Below are positions 16,568-27,104 of a DNA stretch of 64,000 bases, one piece after another. Position 1 is the stretch's first letter. The number at the start of each line of letters is the position of its first letter. The notes under the pieces are model-generated. The model was given only the letters and a program-made list of their open reading frames with translations. It searched no databases and was not told the origin of the DNA. This DNA is from Spirochaetia bacterium (lineage in GTDB: Bacteria; Spirochaetota; Spirochaetia; CAKZLE01), in contig OY782041.1 of NCBI GenBank assembly GCA_963677595.1, positions 2,400,001-2,464,000 on the forward strand. Reading direction: 5' to 3'. The translations under genes and the position numbers were made by a program.

Positions 16568-17914
16568 TCATGCACTGATGCCTTCTGGACTCATCATCTC
16601 ATTGAATACATCGCTCACCGCCTTCGATACCTGATCCAGGTGAGAGCCCTGAGCATGATCAGCATAATGTGCTGCCATTGCCGGGGTCTTATGACCAGTA
16701 GCCAGCTGAACGGTCCTGAGTTCGATCTTATCGGCCAGGTGGGTGGCATAGAAGTGTCTCCAGGAGTGGAAGCAGATTCCGCGGTCGATCATCGCCTCTC
16801 TGATTTTCTCCTGCTCTTCGACATTACCTCGTTTATCTTCCGTCAGCTTCATGGCGACATAGACGGCGGAGAGACCTTTATTGAGGACATCTATATTCAT
16901 TGGTTTATCCTGTGCTGTTCCGTAGAATATGAACCCCTCATCCCCATAACTGCTGCTTTTGAGAAGATTCAGCAGCTCAGTCTTTATCTGGGGGAGGAGG
17001 GGAACAACACGTTCTTCCCCGTTCTTCGGTGCCTTGAGGCCGTCTGAGAAGCTCCAGCTGTGCCGAACCATGAGTTTATCACCCTGGATATCTTCCTTCC
17101 TGAGAGCGACGACTTCACCGGCTCTGAGGCCGGTGGTCATGGCAAGGAGGTTCCCGACTCTCGAGCGCTCATCATCCCAGGAAGCAGAGAATACCTGCTG
17201 GACCTCTTCTGGATTCAGGATATCACGCTTCTTTGAAGCGCCTGAGAACTTTCTTAAGCCGTTTGCCGGGTTGGTTGTGAGCTCCTCTCGATCTGTTGCC
17301 CATTTGAAGGCGACGGTTCCTGCCGTGAGAATGGAATTGATCGATTTCGGAGCGAGGTTCTTGTCTTTGAGGGTCAGCTGGAAATCCCTGAGATCATCTT
17401 TGGTGACATCGACAAGCCTAGTCTCGGGATCGAAGTAATCTCTCCAGTGGTTGAGTTTTTTCGACTGCTCATAGCAGTGACGCTTCCCGATACTCTGGCC
17501 GTAGGCATGTTTCTCTCTCACATAGGGAGAATTGTCGTAATCCCAGAATTCCTTGAGGAAGGGGAGAAGAAGAGCCTCTGATTTCTGTTCCTTCTTCAGG
17601 GCAACGTTCCCGATGACTCCTTTGTCCTGAAGGACGGAGGTAATCCGTATTGCATCCTGAGAAGATAACTCCAAAGTGTGCAGCACCTCGATAATGGTAT
17701 CTAGTGTGTAGATCTCTTTCAGGGGTTTCTTCTTTGCTTTTGATTTTTTCTGAGGAATTCCGTTCTGCAACCAATCTGAAACGATCATGTAGGCTTCAGA
17801 CTGATCTGTGGTCCCAGTGGATCTGGCTGCCAGGTATTTCCCTGTTTCGGGGTTCTTGATCTGGGCATAGTAAGTATCCTGCCCTTGGCGCTTATAAACA
17901 CAAAACCGGCGCAT
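16568..17914 (-). CDS. Tyrosine recombinase/integrase
   Basis: TTGLRAGE, KAPKNG, HSWRH and GHKTPAMAAHY catalytic motifs; ATG 17914 after AGGAGA. Confidence 0.93.
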   Translation of the reverse strand: MRRFCVYKRQGQDTYYAQIKNPETGKYLAARSTGTTDQSEAYMIVSDWLQNGIPQKKSKAKKKPLKEIYTLDTIIEVLHTLELSSQDAIRITSVLQDKGVIGNVALKKEQKSEALLLPFLKEFWDYDNSPYVREKHAYGQSIGKRHCYEQSKKLNHWRDYFDPETRLVDVTKDDLRDFQLTLKDKNLAPKSINSILTAGTVAFKWATDREELTTNPANGLRKFSGASKKRDILNPEEVQQVFSASWDDERSRVGNLLAMTTGLRAGEVVALRKEDIQGDKLMVRHSWSFSDGLKAPKNGEERVVPLLPQIKTELLNLLKSSSYGDEGFIFYGTAQDKPMNIDVLNKGLSAVYVAMKLTEDKRGNVEEQEKIREAMIDRGICFHSWRHFYATHLADKIELRTVQLATGHKTPAMAAHYADHAQGSHLDQVSKAVSDVFNEMMSPEGISA

Positions 17915-18029
17915 TTTCAATCTCCTGTCAGATGGGCTATCTGTAACTCCATCTGTAAGTTGGATTGAAAGAACGCCGGTTCTTCCGGTGAATCATTCAT
18001 AACTTGTTGTTTTGTAACAACTTGTTTGT

Positions 18030-18102
18030 TAGCAGGGACAGGACTCGAACCTGCGACCTCCGGGTTATGAGCCCGACGAGCTGCCAACTGCTCTACCCTG
18101 CG
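18030..18102 (-). tRNA. tRNA-Met(CAT), initiator type; likely integration site
   Basis: Cloverleaf CGCAGGG...CTCATAA...CCCTGCTA; C1-U72 mismatch and GGG/CCC anticodon stem. Confidence 0.95.
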
Positions 18103-18115
18103 TCGACGTGAATGT

Positions 18116-18144
18116 AATGTATAGATATTCCCAAAAAAGGTCAA
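18116..18144 (-). promoter_or_regulatory. sigma70 promoter of tRNA-fMet
   Basis: TTGACC-N17-TACATT. Confidence 0.65.
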
Positions 18145-18271
18145 TAGGTATTCGAAAATTAAATTCTCCCTATAAAATAACATATAACCCAGAGTGTATG
18201 CCTATTTTAACATGTATTTCTTATAGGATGGGGTAGAAACTGACCAAAATTCTTTTTCGTGTTTGTGAAGA

Positions 18272-18328
18272 TGAGTCAAAAGGACACGCAATATAGGGCA
18301 TTGTGACACAGTGAGTCATTATGACACA
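18272..18328. promoter_or_regulatory. Three palindromic TGWGTCA-N3-TGACWCA-like boxes (putative enhancer-binding-protein sites)
   Basis: Boxes at 18272, 18294 and 18312, about 110-170 bp upstream of a sigma54 promoter. Confidence 0.55.
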
Positions 18329-18438
18329 TGCTGGTAGGTGGCCTAAGAATCTTCGTCCTGTTTCCTTTTGTGATGAGTATATTCCTAACTTATTATATAT
18401 AAAACAAATAAAAATTCTTAATTGTGTTTTCCTAAAAT

Positions 18439-18454
18439 TGGCACGCCCTATGCA
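18439..18454 (+). promoter_or_regulatory. sigma54 (-24/-12) promoter of hsp20
   Basis: TGGCACGCCCTATGCA = GG-N10-GC. Confidence 0.75.
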
Positions 18455-18514
18455 TATAGGTATACGTAACAAGCTGAGAGCTGAACAAGTAACAAATTAA
18501 TACGGAGGTGTATT

Positions 18515-18946
18515 ATGAAATACATAGTTAAGAGAAATCCATCATTGAGCCTTATGAACGACTTCGATCGTATCTTCAACAGTTTCTGGGACTACCCGTC
18601 AGTACAGACCAAGGCACGGAAGCCTTCAGTCGACGTCCGGGAGACCGAGGATGCCTACATCCTGGAAGCAGAGCTTCCCGGGTTCGACGAGAATAACGTC
18701 GAGGTCAACGTGGACAAGCATGTACTGCATATCTCCTCTAAGCAGGAAGAGGAAAAGAGCGAGGAGAAGAAGGAGTACCTGCTCAGGGAGCGGTCATTCT
18801 ACTCCTTCGAGCGAAGCTTCTCACTGCCCGAGCATGTGGATGAGGAGAAGATCTCCGGTGAGTTCAAGCAGGGTGTCCTGACACTGACCATCCCGAAGAG
18901 CGAGAAACAGAAGCCGAAGAGGATCGATGTGAAACTCGCATCATAG
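18515..18946 (+). CDS. Hsp20/alpha-crystallin small heat shock protein
   Basis: PSVDVRET..AELPG, ERSFSLP, GVLTLTIPK. Confidence 0.95.
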   Translation: MKYIVKRNPSLSLMNDFDRIFNSFWDYPSVQTKARKPSVDVRETEDAYILEAELPGFDENNVEVNVDKHVLHISSKQEEEKSEEKKEYLLRERSFYSFERSFSLPEHVDEEKISGEFKQGVLTLTIPKSEKQKPKRIDVKLAS

Positions 18947-18988
18947 TTTTCATACAAAGCAAGAGACAAAGCATTCCTACAATACAAA

Positions 18989-19031
18989 GCAGGCCGTCCG
19001 CATCGTTGATGCGACGGCCTGCACTATTTTT
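18989..19031 (+). terminator. Terminator hairpin between the convergent hsp20 and lipoprotein genes
   Basis: GCAGGCCGTC...GACGGCCTGC stem, then TATTTTT. Confidence 0.7.
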
Positions 19032-19049
19032 CATGAGGTTTGGTAGTCT

Positions 19050-19781
19050 CTACCAAGTGACCGAGTAGTCGATCGGCTCCGCGAGGAGCAGGAAGTCAAT
19101 GATCGGGATGGAGAACTCCACCTGGGTGGGGGAGTGCTTGATACCGTTGGTATGGGAGATGATCGGGGAGTCGGTGTTGATGAAGATCGAGATCGTCGAC
19201 CGTTCGATAGCCCCGGGGCCCTCCTCGCCGAGCAGGTAGCTGATCATGTCGAGGTAGTCAGCCTCTGATACCCCGATGTTCTCCTCAGGCCCGAAGATCG
19301 AGAAGGAGGGGTCCTTCAGCAGCGGGATAAGCTCGGTGAGCTCCCCATAGTTGTCGATATCGAGGTACATCCTGAGAGAGTTGGTTGTGGCCCCCTCCGT
19401 GAAGGTGAAGAGCGACTCGAGCTTCAGGTCGTCATGGACGTCATTGAAGAACCGTTCAGCATCGCCGAACTGGAAAGTACCGATATAGTGGTTCGGCTCT
19501 ATCTCCGTGAAGTCAGCCTCCTGGGCATAGGGAGAGTCATTGATGGACTTCTGGATCTCATCGATGTTCATCTCGGTCACGTTCCGTTCCTCTTCAGGGA
19601 TGAATACGGTGAAGTCCTCGACTACCGCCTTGAAGAACTCCTCGACCTCGATGTCGAAGGAGACGTTCCCGGCGGCATCGGCGTCGATATAGATCTCCTG
19701 TCGGATGGAGCATGAGGTCAGGCTGGTCATCAGTAGCGAGAAGATGACCAGTATGAGGGTATATAGCTTCTTGTGCTGCAT
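19050..19781 (-). CDS. Hypothetical lipoprotein
   Basis: KK + hydrophobic stretch + LTSC lipobox; acidic mature part. Confidence 0.65.
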   Translation of the reverse strand: MQHKKLYTLILVIFSLLMTSLTSCSIRQEIYIDADAAGNVSFDIEVEEFFKAVVEDFTVFIPEEERNVTEMNIDEIQKSINDSPYAQEADFTEIEPNHYIGTFQFGDAERFFNDVHDDLKLESLFTFTEGATTNSLRMYLDIDNYGELTELIPLLKDPSFSIFGPEENIGVSEADYLDMISYLLGEEGPGAIERSTISIFINTDSPIISHTNGIKHSPTQVEFSIPIIDFLLLAEPIDYSVTW

Positions 19782-20000
19782 GTGTATGCGTTCCTTATGA
19801 TTTTCTTCTGTCACCATGTGAAAAAAAAGCATCAGAATGATAAATGGTAACTTTTACAATCGTACCATGTTGTTCTAATATATAGAATATTATAGGATGG
19901 GTAAAGTTACAATCTGCGCGTGGGGAATACAGACATATTAACGAGTCATCTGGCGTGTCCCCATGTAGAAAACCCTCTGTAGGAACCTGGTACCTGTTTG

Positions 20001-22346
20001 ATGAAAGGCAAGAACATATACTTCAATATCGTGAGATTCTCACAACGGCACTCGAAGGTCGTCATCGTCCTGACGGTGCTCATCACCATACTCCTCGCAT
20101 TCTCGATGAAGAACATCAGGGTGAATGCGGACTACAACACCCTGCTCGGCGATGATGAGGAGAGCCGGATCTATGAGGAGCTGAATGCCAATTCGGATGC
20201 CTCGGAAGACATCATCCTCACGATCAAGGGCGACGACCTCTTCAGGCCCGAAGTACTCGGGACCCTCGAGGGGGTGATCGGGGAGATCGAGTCGTTCCCC
20301 AACGTGAGGGCCGGTTCCCACCCATTCTCGATGGTGACGGCCGTGAACAAGAACGGCCGCCTGGCCATCGTGCCGATGAACCCCCACGAGGGTGACGGGC
20401 CGTGGACCGAGGAGGAGGCCGCGATCTTCAAGGAGCGGCTCCTGAATGATGAGCTTGCACGGAACCTGGTAGTCTCACCGTCAGGGAACATGATGCTGAT
20501 CTACTTCCCGATGAAGGGACTCGGGGAGGGGAACAGTGACCAGTACAACGCGATCCTCGGGATCGTCGAGCCGCTGAGGGCCTACGGCAAGGTCGCGATC
20601 AACGGTGCGATCGCAATCACCGACAGTATCTCCCGCTACCTGGTGCGTGACCTCTTCACGCTCCTGAGCATCTCCTTCGTCGTGATCATGTTCGTCTACT
20701 ACTTCAGCTTCAGGGCGAAACGTGCAGTATTTCTGCCCCTATCGGTCGTGGTCCTCGGGGTCGTCTGGTGCCTCGGCATCATGTCCCTGCTCGGGTATGA
20801 CCTGACCATCTTCAATATCGTGACGCCTCCGCTCGTGCTGACCCTTGGCTCCTCCTACAGCATCCACCTGCTGAACGAGTACTACCGTTCGGGGCGGGCT
20901 GCGAAGGGTGATAACGGCAAGGAGTGGATCGCCGGGGCGGTCTACCACATAAACAAGACCATCATCCTCGCCTGCCTGACCTCAGTGGCAGGGTTCCTCT
21001 CCCTGCTCGTCACCGAGATCGACCAGTTCAAGGAGTTCGGGATCTCGACGGCGATCGGTATCACCATCTGTGCCCTGCTGACCCTCTTCTACCTGCCTGC
21101 GACGCTGCACCTGCTCTCGAACCCGAAGGAGACCCAGCTGAAGCTCGTGAGCGAGGGGAGGATGACGAGGATCATCTCCTATGTCGGAGATATCGTCATC
21201 AATCGCTGGAGACTCATCCTGGTAGCCTTCCTCGCCCTCGCAGCCGGCTTCATCATAGCCTTCCCCCGGGTCGAGTTCGAGACCAACTATACCAAGTACT
21301 TCCAGGAGGACGACCCCCTCGTCGTTAACTCCAAGGATTATATAGCCAACATCGGTGGGGTCGACATGGCCCATGTGACCCTGCAGGCGCCTGAAGGGGT
21401 GGATGACTACTTCCTCAACCCCGACGTCCTCAAGTCGGTGCGGGCCTTCGAGGAGTCGACTGCCGCCCTGACCGACGATATCACGCACACGCTCTCCTTC
21501 TCGAGCTATGTGGCCTTCCTTGACGGGGTCATGGAGGGAGATGAGGGGCGGGTCCCCGATTCCCCCGGGCTCATCATGCTGCTCTCCCGGTACCTCGGGC
21601 TCATCACCCAGGTAGAGACCGGCAACAGCGCGATGCAGATGCTCATCTCGGATGACCACAACCAGGTGACCATCATCTTCCGCTACCGTGATACCGCGAA
21701 CATGGCTACGACCGGCTTGGATAACACCCACAATGTGCTTGCAGCCATCGAGGAGAGCACCCAGATGCTCCCCGCCGATGTCGAGGTGATCACCTGGGGC
21801 AACGGGCAGCGGTACATGTCCTTAAGCGACAGGATACAGTCGGACCAGCGCCGGTCGACCCTGGCGTCGATCCTCGTGGTCTTCCTGATCACGTCGATCA
21901 CCTTCAAGTCGCTGGGGTACGGGTTCTTCTCGATCATCCCGATCGCCGTGGGTATCATGGCGAACTATATCTTCATGGTGCTCTTCAACATCCCGTTCGA
22001 CATGATCACCATGGGCTTCTCGAGCGTCACCGTCGGTGTCGGTATCGATGATGCCATCCACTTCATCATCAGGTTCAAGGAGGTCGAGTCGGAGAACCGC
22101 GGCACGCTGCGTGACCACATCAAGGACACGATCATCCAGACGGGCCGGCCGATCACCCTCACGTCGATCTCGATCATCGCGGGGCTGATGGTCTTGAGCT
22201 TCGCCAGCTTCATGCCGGTGCGCTTCTTCGGTATCCTGATCTCGATCGCCCTGCTCAATACCCTGCTTGCGACCCTCTTCATCCTCCCGGCACTGATGTA
22301 CGGCGGGCTCTCCTTCGCCAGGAGGATCCGCTCAGGCAGAGCCTAG
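20001..22346 (+). CDS. MMPL/RND-family transporter
   Basis: Two repeats of periplasmic loop plus TM bundle; GVGIDDAIH motif. Confidence 0.88.
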   Translation: MKGKNIYFNIVRFSQRHSKVVIVLTVLITILLAFSMKNIRVNADYNTLLGDDEESRIYEELNANSDASEDIILTIKGDDLFRPEVLGTLEGVIGEIESFPNVRAGSHPFSMVTAVNKNGRLAIVPMNPHEGDGPWTEEEAAIFKERLLNDELARNLVVSPSGNMMLIYFPMKGLGEGNSDQYNAILGIVEPLRAYGKVAINGAIAITDSISRYLVRDLFTLLSISFVVIMFVYYFSFRAKRAVFLPLSVVVLGVVWCLGIMSLLGYDLTIFNIVTPPLVLTLGSSYSIHLLNEYYRSGRAAKGDNGKEWIAGAVYHINKTIILACLTSVAGFLSLLVTEIDQFKEFGISTAIGITICALLTLFYLPATLHLLSNPKETQLKLVSEGRMTRIISYVGDIVINRWRLILVAFLALAAGFIIAFPRVEFETNYTKYFQEDDPLVVNSKDYIANIGGVDMAHVTLQAPEGVDDYFLNPDVLKSVRAFEESTAALTDDITHTLSFSSYVAFLDGVMEGDEGRVPDSPGLIMLLSRYLGLITQVETGNSAMQMLISDDHNQVTIIFRYRDTANMATTGLDNTHNVLAAIEESTQMLPADVEVITWGNGQRYMSLSDRIQSDQRRSTLASILVVFLITSITFKSLGYGFFSIIPIAVGIMANYIFMVLFNIPFDMITMGFSSVTVGVGIDDAIHFIIRFKEVESENRGTLRDHIKDTIIQTGRPITLTSISIIAGLMVLSFASFMPVRFFGILISIALLNTLLATLFILPALMYGGLSFARRIRSGRA

Positions 22347-23008
22347 CTCCTGCCGTAATACCGGTCCTCGACCTGGGCCCTCCGGTAGAGGGTATGCAGG
22401 TGCTTCCAGCTGATGATGAGCAGGGGGATGATCCCGACCCACAGGATGGTCCCTGACATGAGGAAGAAGTCATACAGCCCATGGATGAGGATCGCTGCCG
22501 CCAAGCCCCTGCCTGCCGAGACTGACTCATCGAATCTCGCCCTCCCGAGGTAATACCCCATGATCCCTGATGCCACCGCATGGAGCGGGACTGCCGTCAC
22601 GCTCCTGATGAGGGCGGTCGAGACCGGGTCACCGATGCTGTAGGTGATATTCTCGAAGAGGGCGAACCCCATGCTGACCGCTATCGTGTAGACGATACCA
22701 TCGGTAGCCTCGTCGAAGGACTTCTCCCTGCTGATGACCTTCCTGATCACCAGGTACTTGAAGCTTTCCTCAGTACCCGCAGCGATGCCGAAACCCGTGA
22801 CCAGCGCATAGCCAAACCATGACATGCCCGAGGTGACCGGGCTGAGCAGGGTCTCGATCAGCGCCACCGGGGCGACGATGATGATCCCGAGGATCATGGT
22901 CTTGAGGATGACCTTCTTCGGCTCCGGGCGGAGCGTGTCCTTCCGGTAGTAGTAATAGAGCAGGGCAGCTGCGGGAGCAGCCGCCAGGAATATCTTCAAA
23001 AACAGCAT
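22343..23008 (-). CDS. PrsW-family intramembrane metalloprotease
   Basis: EESFK, FALFEN, H(AVASG) and HGLYD motifs; RBS GGAGGT. Confidence 0.88.
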   Translation of the reverse strand: MLFLKIFLAAAPAAALLYYYYRKDTLRPEPKKVILKTMILGIIIVAPVALIETLLSPVTSGMSWFGYALVTGFGIAAGTEESFKYLVIRKVISREKSFDEATDGIVYTIAVSMGFALFENITYSIGDPVSTALIRSVTAVPLHAVASGIMGYYLGRARFDESVSAGRGLAAAILIHGLYDFFLMSGTILWVGIIPLLIISWKHLHTLYRRAQVEDRYYGRS

Positions 23009-23112
23009 CGGTAGGCACCTCCACGTTTCCATCATACCGGCATCAGTACCCTCTTGTCGATGGTCCATCCACGTTTGTATCTTGTAGATGGAATGCTTGA
23101 ACGAGGTAGGAC

Positions 23113-25677
23113 ATGAGATTCGACAAGATGACAGTGAAATTGCAGGAAGCGCTGCAGGAGGCGCAGTCACAGGCGCAGGACCTGAACCACGGAACGGTAG
23201 CGAGCGAGCACCTGCTCGCCGTGCTGCTTGCCCAGAAGGAGGGCATCGTCAGCCCGCTCTTCGGTTCGTTGGGCGTAGATGCCCGTATGCTTGCCGAGGA
23301 GGTCGGCAGGCGCATCAGGCAGATGCCGAGGGCTTACGGCTCAGGAGCCATGCAGGTCTCGATGACCGGGGAACTCGCGGCCAGCCTCCAGCAGGCTGAG
23401 AAGGAGGCAGCTTCCCTCCATGACGAATACACCAGTACCGAACACATCATCCTGGCGTGGAGCGGGGGTGTCGGGTCCGTCGCTGAGGTGCTGAAGAAGG
23501 CCGGGGTTACCAGGGATCACCTGCTCACCGCATTGAAGAAGGTGCGGGGGTCCCAGCGGGTCACCGACCAGAACCCCGAAGCCAAGTACCAGGTGCTCGA
23601 CAAGTACTGCAAGGACCTGACCAGGCTTGCACGCCAGGAGAAGCTCGACCCCGTGATCGGCCGGGATGAGGAGATCCGGCGGGTCATGCAGGTACTCTCG
23701 AGGAGGACGAAGAACAACCCCGTCCTCATCGGGGAGCCGGGAGTCGGCAAGACCGCGATCGCGGAAGGACTTGCCCGGAGGATCGTCTCCGGGGACGTCC
23801 CTGAACTCCTGAGATCGAAACGGCTCCTCTCCCTCGACCTCGGAGCCCTCATCGCCGGGGCCAAGTTCCGCGGGGAGTTCGAGGACCGGCTGAAGGCCGT
23901 GATCCAGGAGATAGAGGAGGCTGACGGGCAGATCATCCTCTTCATCGACGAGCTCCATACGGTGGTGGGGGCCGGTGCTGCCGAAGGCTCCACGGATGCC
24001 TCCAACCTCCTGAAGCCGGCACTCGCAAGAGGTGAGCTCAGGGCCATCGGTGCCACGACCCTCGATGAGTACCGGAAGTACATCGAGAAGGATGCCGCCC
24101 TCGAGCGCCGGTTCCAGCCGGTCTACACGAAGGAACCGTCAGTCGAGAGCACGATCGCGATTCTCAGGGGGTTGAAGGAGCGGTATGAGGTGCACCACGG
24201 GGTGCGGATCAAGGACGAGGCGCTCATCGCCGCCGCGACCCTCTCCAACCGGTATATCACATCACGGTTCCTGCCTGACAAGGCGATCGACCTCGTCGAT
24301 GAGGCCGCGAGCCGCATGAAGATGGAGATAGAGAGCCAGCCGGAGGAGCTCGACAAGATCGAGAGACGGATCCTCCAGCTCACCATCGAGAAGCAGGCAC
24401 TGCTCAGGGAGACCGACGAGGCATCTGTGGAGCGCAGGCAGAAGATCGAGAAGGAGCTCTCAGGCCTCCAGACACAGCGGGACAGCATGAAGCTGCAGTG
24501 GCAGAACGAGAAGGTGATCATCGACGGGATCAGGAAGGACAAGGCTGAGCTCGAGCACCTCAAAGGTGAGGAGGCACAGGCTGTACGTGACGGGAACCTG
24601 TCCAGGGCGGCGGAGATCAAGCACGGGAAGGTCCCTGCCCTGACGGAGCAGATAGCGAAGAAGGGGGAAGAGCTGCATGCCGTGCAGGGCGAGCGTCAGC
24701 TGCTGCGGGAGGAGATCGGCGAGGATGATATCGCGCAGGTAGTCTCAGCCTGGACCGGCATACCCATCGCCAAGATGCTCTCCTCGGAGATGGAGAAGTA
24801 CCTCGAGCTCGAGGGGATCCTCTCCAAGCGGGTAGTGGGACAGGAACAGGCGATCACAGCCGTCTCGAATGCCATCCGCCGGAACCGGGCAGGGATCAGC
24901 GATGAGGGGAGGCCCCTGGGGTCCTTCCTCTGCATCGGGCCTACCGGGGTGGGGAAGACCGAGCTTGCCAGGACACTGGCAGACTTCCTCTTCGATGATG
25001 AGCATGCCCTGACGCGGATCGACATGAGCGAGTACATGGAGAAGCATGCCGTCTCCCGGCTCATCGGGGCCCCTCCGGGCTATGTGGGCTACGACCAGGG
25101 CGGGCAGCTTACCGAGGCGGTGAGGAGGAGGCCGTATTCGGTCATCCTCTTCGATGAGGTCGAGAAGGCCCATCCCGATGTCTTCAACGTGCTGCTGCAG
25201 ATCCTCGATGACGGGCGGCTGACTGACGGGCAGGGGCGGGTCGTCGATTTCAAGAACGTCATCATCGTCATGACCAGCAACCTCGGCAGTTCGCTGATCC
25301 TGCAGAGCGATGACCTCGGCAGTATCAGGGATGCCGTCGATGCCATGCTGAAGCAGGTGTTCAAGCCCGAGTTCCTCAACAGGATCGATGAGATCCTCCT
25401 GTTCGAGCGGCTCGGCAGGGATGCGGTGAGGAAGATCGTCGCGATCCAGCTGAAGCGGCTTACCGACCGGCTGGAGGGTCGTGGGATCAGGCTCAGTATT
25501 TCAGAAGAGGTCGTCGACCTCCTCGCAGCGGAGGGGTACGACCCCGCCTATGGGGCACGCCCGGTGAAACGGGCCATCCAGAACCTGGTGGAGAACCCCC
25601 TCGCGCTGTATCTCTTAGAGCACCAGAGGACGGATTTCTCCCTGACGGTACAGGACGGTAAGGTCAGTATCGCCTAA
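23113..25677 (+). CDS. clpB: ATP-dependent chaperone ClpB
   Basis: Two AAA+ domains ([16 protein letters not shown]) and a long coiled-coil M domain. Confidence 0.96.
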   Translation: MRFDKMTVKLQEALQEAQSQAQDLNHGTVASEHLLAVLLAQKEGIVSPLFGSLGVDARMLAEEVGRRIRQMPRAYGSGAMQVSMTGELAASLQQAEKEAASLHDEYTSTEHIILAWSGGVGSVAEVLKKAGVTRDHLLTALKKVRGSQRVTDQNPEAKYQVLDKYCKDLTRLARQEKLDPVIGRDEEIRRVMQVLSRRTKNNPVLIGEPGVGKTAIAEGLARRIVSGDVPELLRSKRLLSLDLGALIAGAKFRGEFEDRLKAVIQEIEEADGQIILFIDELHTVVGAGAAEGSTDASNLLKPALARGELRAIGATTLDEYRKYIEKDAALERRFQPVYTKEPSVESTIAILRGLKERYEVHHGVRIKDEALIAAATLSNRYITSRFLPDKAIDLVDEAASRMKMEIESQPEELDKIERRILQLTIEKQALLRETDEASVERRQKIEKELSGLQTQRDSMKLQWQNEKVIIDGIRKDKAELEHLKGEEAQAVRDGNLSRAAEIKHGKVPALTEQIAKKGEELHAVQGERQLLREEIGEDDIAQVVSAWTGIPIAKMLSSEMEKYLELEGILSKRVVGQEQAITAVSNAIRRNRAGISDEGRPLGSFLCIGPTGVGKTELARTLADFLFDDEHALTRIDMSEYMEKHAVSRLIGAPPGYVGYDQGGQLTEAVRRRPYSVILFDEVEKAHPDVFNVLLQILDDGRLTDGQGRVVDFKNVIIVMTSNLGSSLILQSDDLGSIRDAVDAMLKQVFKPEFLNRIDEILLFERLGRDAVRKIVAIQLKRLTDRLEGRGIRLSISEEVVDLLAAEGYDPAYGARPVKRAIQNLVENPLALYLLEHQRTDFSLTVQDGKVSIA

Positions 25678-26246
25678 TGTCCCTGCAGCAGGAGCTTCTG
25701 GTAGGTCTCCGGGGTGTCGATGTCGGTGATGACCGCAGGGTCATCCCAGGGTACCTGCCGGTAGCGGCAGAGGCTGAAGACCTGCTGCATCGAGGAGGTC
25801 ACCGGCTGGGAGAGGATGAGTTCCCGTGCCCGGCCGTTCATGAGCACCGGGTGCCCGGGAACCCCGTCATGGACCGGCTGGATGATGTCGGCTGAGTCCC
25901 GGTAGGCAAGGAGTTCGGAGAAGGTCTGTGAGGTGACCAGGGGAAGGTCTGCATGGAGCACGAAGACGGCATCGCATGCGCTCTCGCGCATGCCGGCCTG
26001 CAGGGATGAGAACATCCCCTGCCGGTACCCGGTGTTGTCCAGGAAGGTGATCTCCTCCTCAAGGCTGCCTATGAACTCATGGAGGGCATCCGAGCGGAAT
26101 CCCGAGACGAGGATGACCCGGTCGGCACCCCTGAGGGCCGCATCGAGTACGTGCCTGATCACCGGTTTGTCCTGATAGGGAAGGAAGAGCTTCCAGGCAC
26201 GCATCCGGGAGGATGTGCCCGCGGCAGGAATGATACATTCAGTCAT
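25674..26246 (-). CDS. MocA/MobA-like nucleotidyltransferase
   Basis: [30 protein letters not shown]. Confidence 0.85.
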   Translation of the reverse strand: MTECIIPAAGTSSRMRAWKLFLPYQDKPVIRHVLDAALRGADRVILVSGFRSDALHEFIGSLEEEITFLDNTGYRQGMFSSLQAGMRESACDAVFVLHADLPLVTSQTFSELLAYRDSADIIQPVHDGVPGHPVLMNGRARELILSQPVTSSMQQVFSLCRYRQVPWDDPAVITDIDTPETYQKLLLQGH

Positions 26247-26302
26247 GTATACGATCATAGCATGATTGCATCTTTTTTCCAATGACCGTATAATCCTGAC
26301 CT

Positions 26303-27046
26303 ATGATAGCAACCTATATAAACTGTCTCACCATCATACTCGGCTCGCTGATCGGACTGCTCACACGGTCGAAGATCAGGTCTGAGATTCGGAGCGTGAT
26401 CTTCGCCAGTGCCGGTCTCATCTCGCTGCTGGTTGGCATCAGCATGGCCCTTGCCACGCAGAGCTACCTGATCATGCTCCTCTCCGTCGCCGCAGGGGGC
26501 ATGCTCGGGTACCTCCTCGATATCGAGGGGGGGATCCTGAAGCTGGGAGGCTTCTTCGAGCGGCTCACCATGCGAAAGCGCCCGGGGCAGCCGGAGGAGT
26601 TCATCCAGGACGAGTCGAAGAACTTCGCCCGGGGCTTCCTGGAAGCCTCGATCCTCTTCTGTGCCGGTGCGATGACGATCGTGGGGGCTATCAACGCGGG
26701 GATCGACGGCAACTACGAGCTGATCCTGATCAAGTCGGTCATGGACGGCTTCATGGCGATCCTCTTTACCGCAGCCTACGGGATCGGCGTCATGTTCTCG
26801 ATCCTCACGATCCTCGTCTACCAGGGCGGCATCACCCTTGCCTCGTCCTGGATCTCCCCGCTGCTCGGGGAAGCCGGCCTCAACGGGATCTCCTCGGTAG
26901 GGGGGATCCTGGTCATGATGATCGGTTTCAACCTGCTGTCAGTGAAGGAGTTCAAGACAGCCAACTTCCTCCCCGCGCTCATCCTGGTCCTGGTGCTCAC
27001 CTGGGTATCCTCGATACTGCCCGATTTCATCTCCATGCTCGCATAA
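26303..27046 (+). CDS. DUF554 family membrane protein
   Basis: GFLEASILFCAGAMTIVG, KSVMDG, ANFLPAL. Confidence 0.85.
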   Translation: MIATYINCLTIILGSLIGLLTRSKIRSEIRSVIFASAGLISLLVGISMALATQSYLIMLLSVAAGGMLGYLLDIEGGILKLGGFFERLTMRKRPGQPEEFIQDESKNFARGFLEASILFCAGAMTIVGAINAGIDGNYELILIKSVMDGFMAILFTAAYGIGVMFSILTILVYQGGITLASSWISPLLGEAGLNGISSVGGILVMMIGFNLLSVKEFKTANFLPALILVLVLTWVSSILPDFISMLA

Positions 27047-27104
27047 ATGAAGAAGGAGACAGATCCCTGTCTCCTTCCCCGGTTGTCACTGCATCGGTAT
27101 GCTG

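Larger units (their letters stand above)
1..18030. mobile_element. Prophage (siphovirus-like), right portion; left end lies outside the window; right boundary at the 3' end of tRNA-fMet
   Basis: Co-directional tail tube/chaperone/tape measure/tail-tip/holin genes, then xis-like HTH and a tyrosine integrase abutting a tRNA 3' end. Confidence 0.9.

Noticed and set aside
18027-18029. ACA instead of CCA after tRNA-fMet as damage from integration
   Set aside because: The other three tRNAs also lack an encoded CCA, so this is normal for the host
17917-18183. 88-aa ORF upstream of the integrase
   Set aside because: Overlaps tRNA-fMet and its promoter
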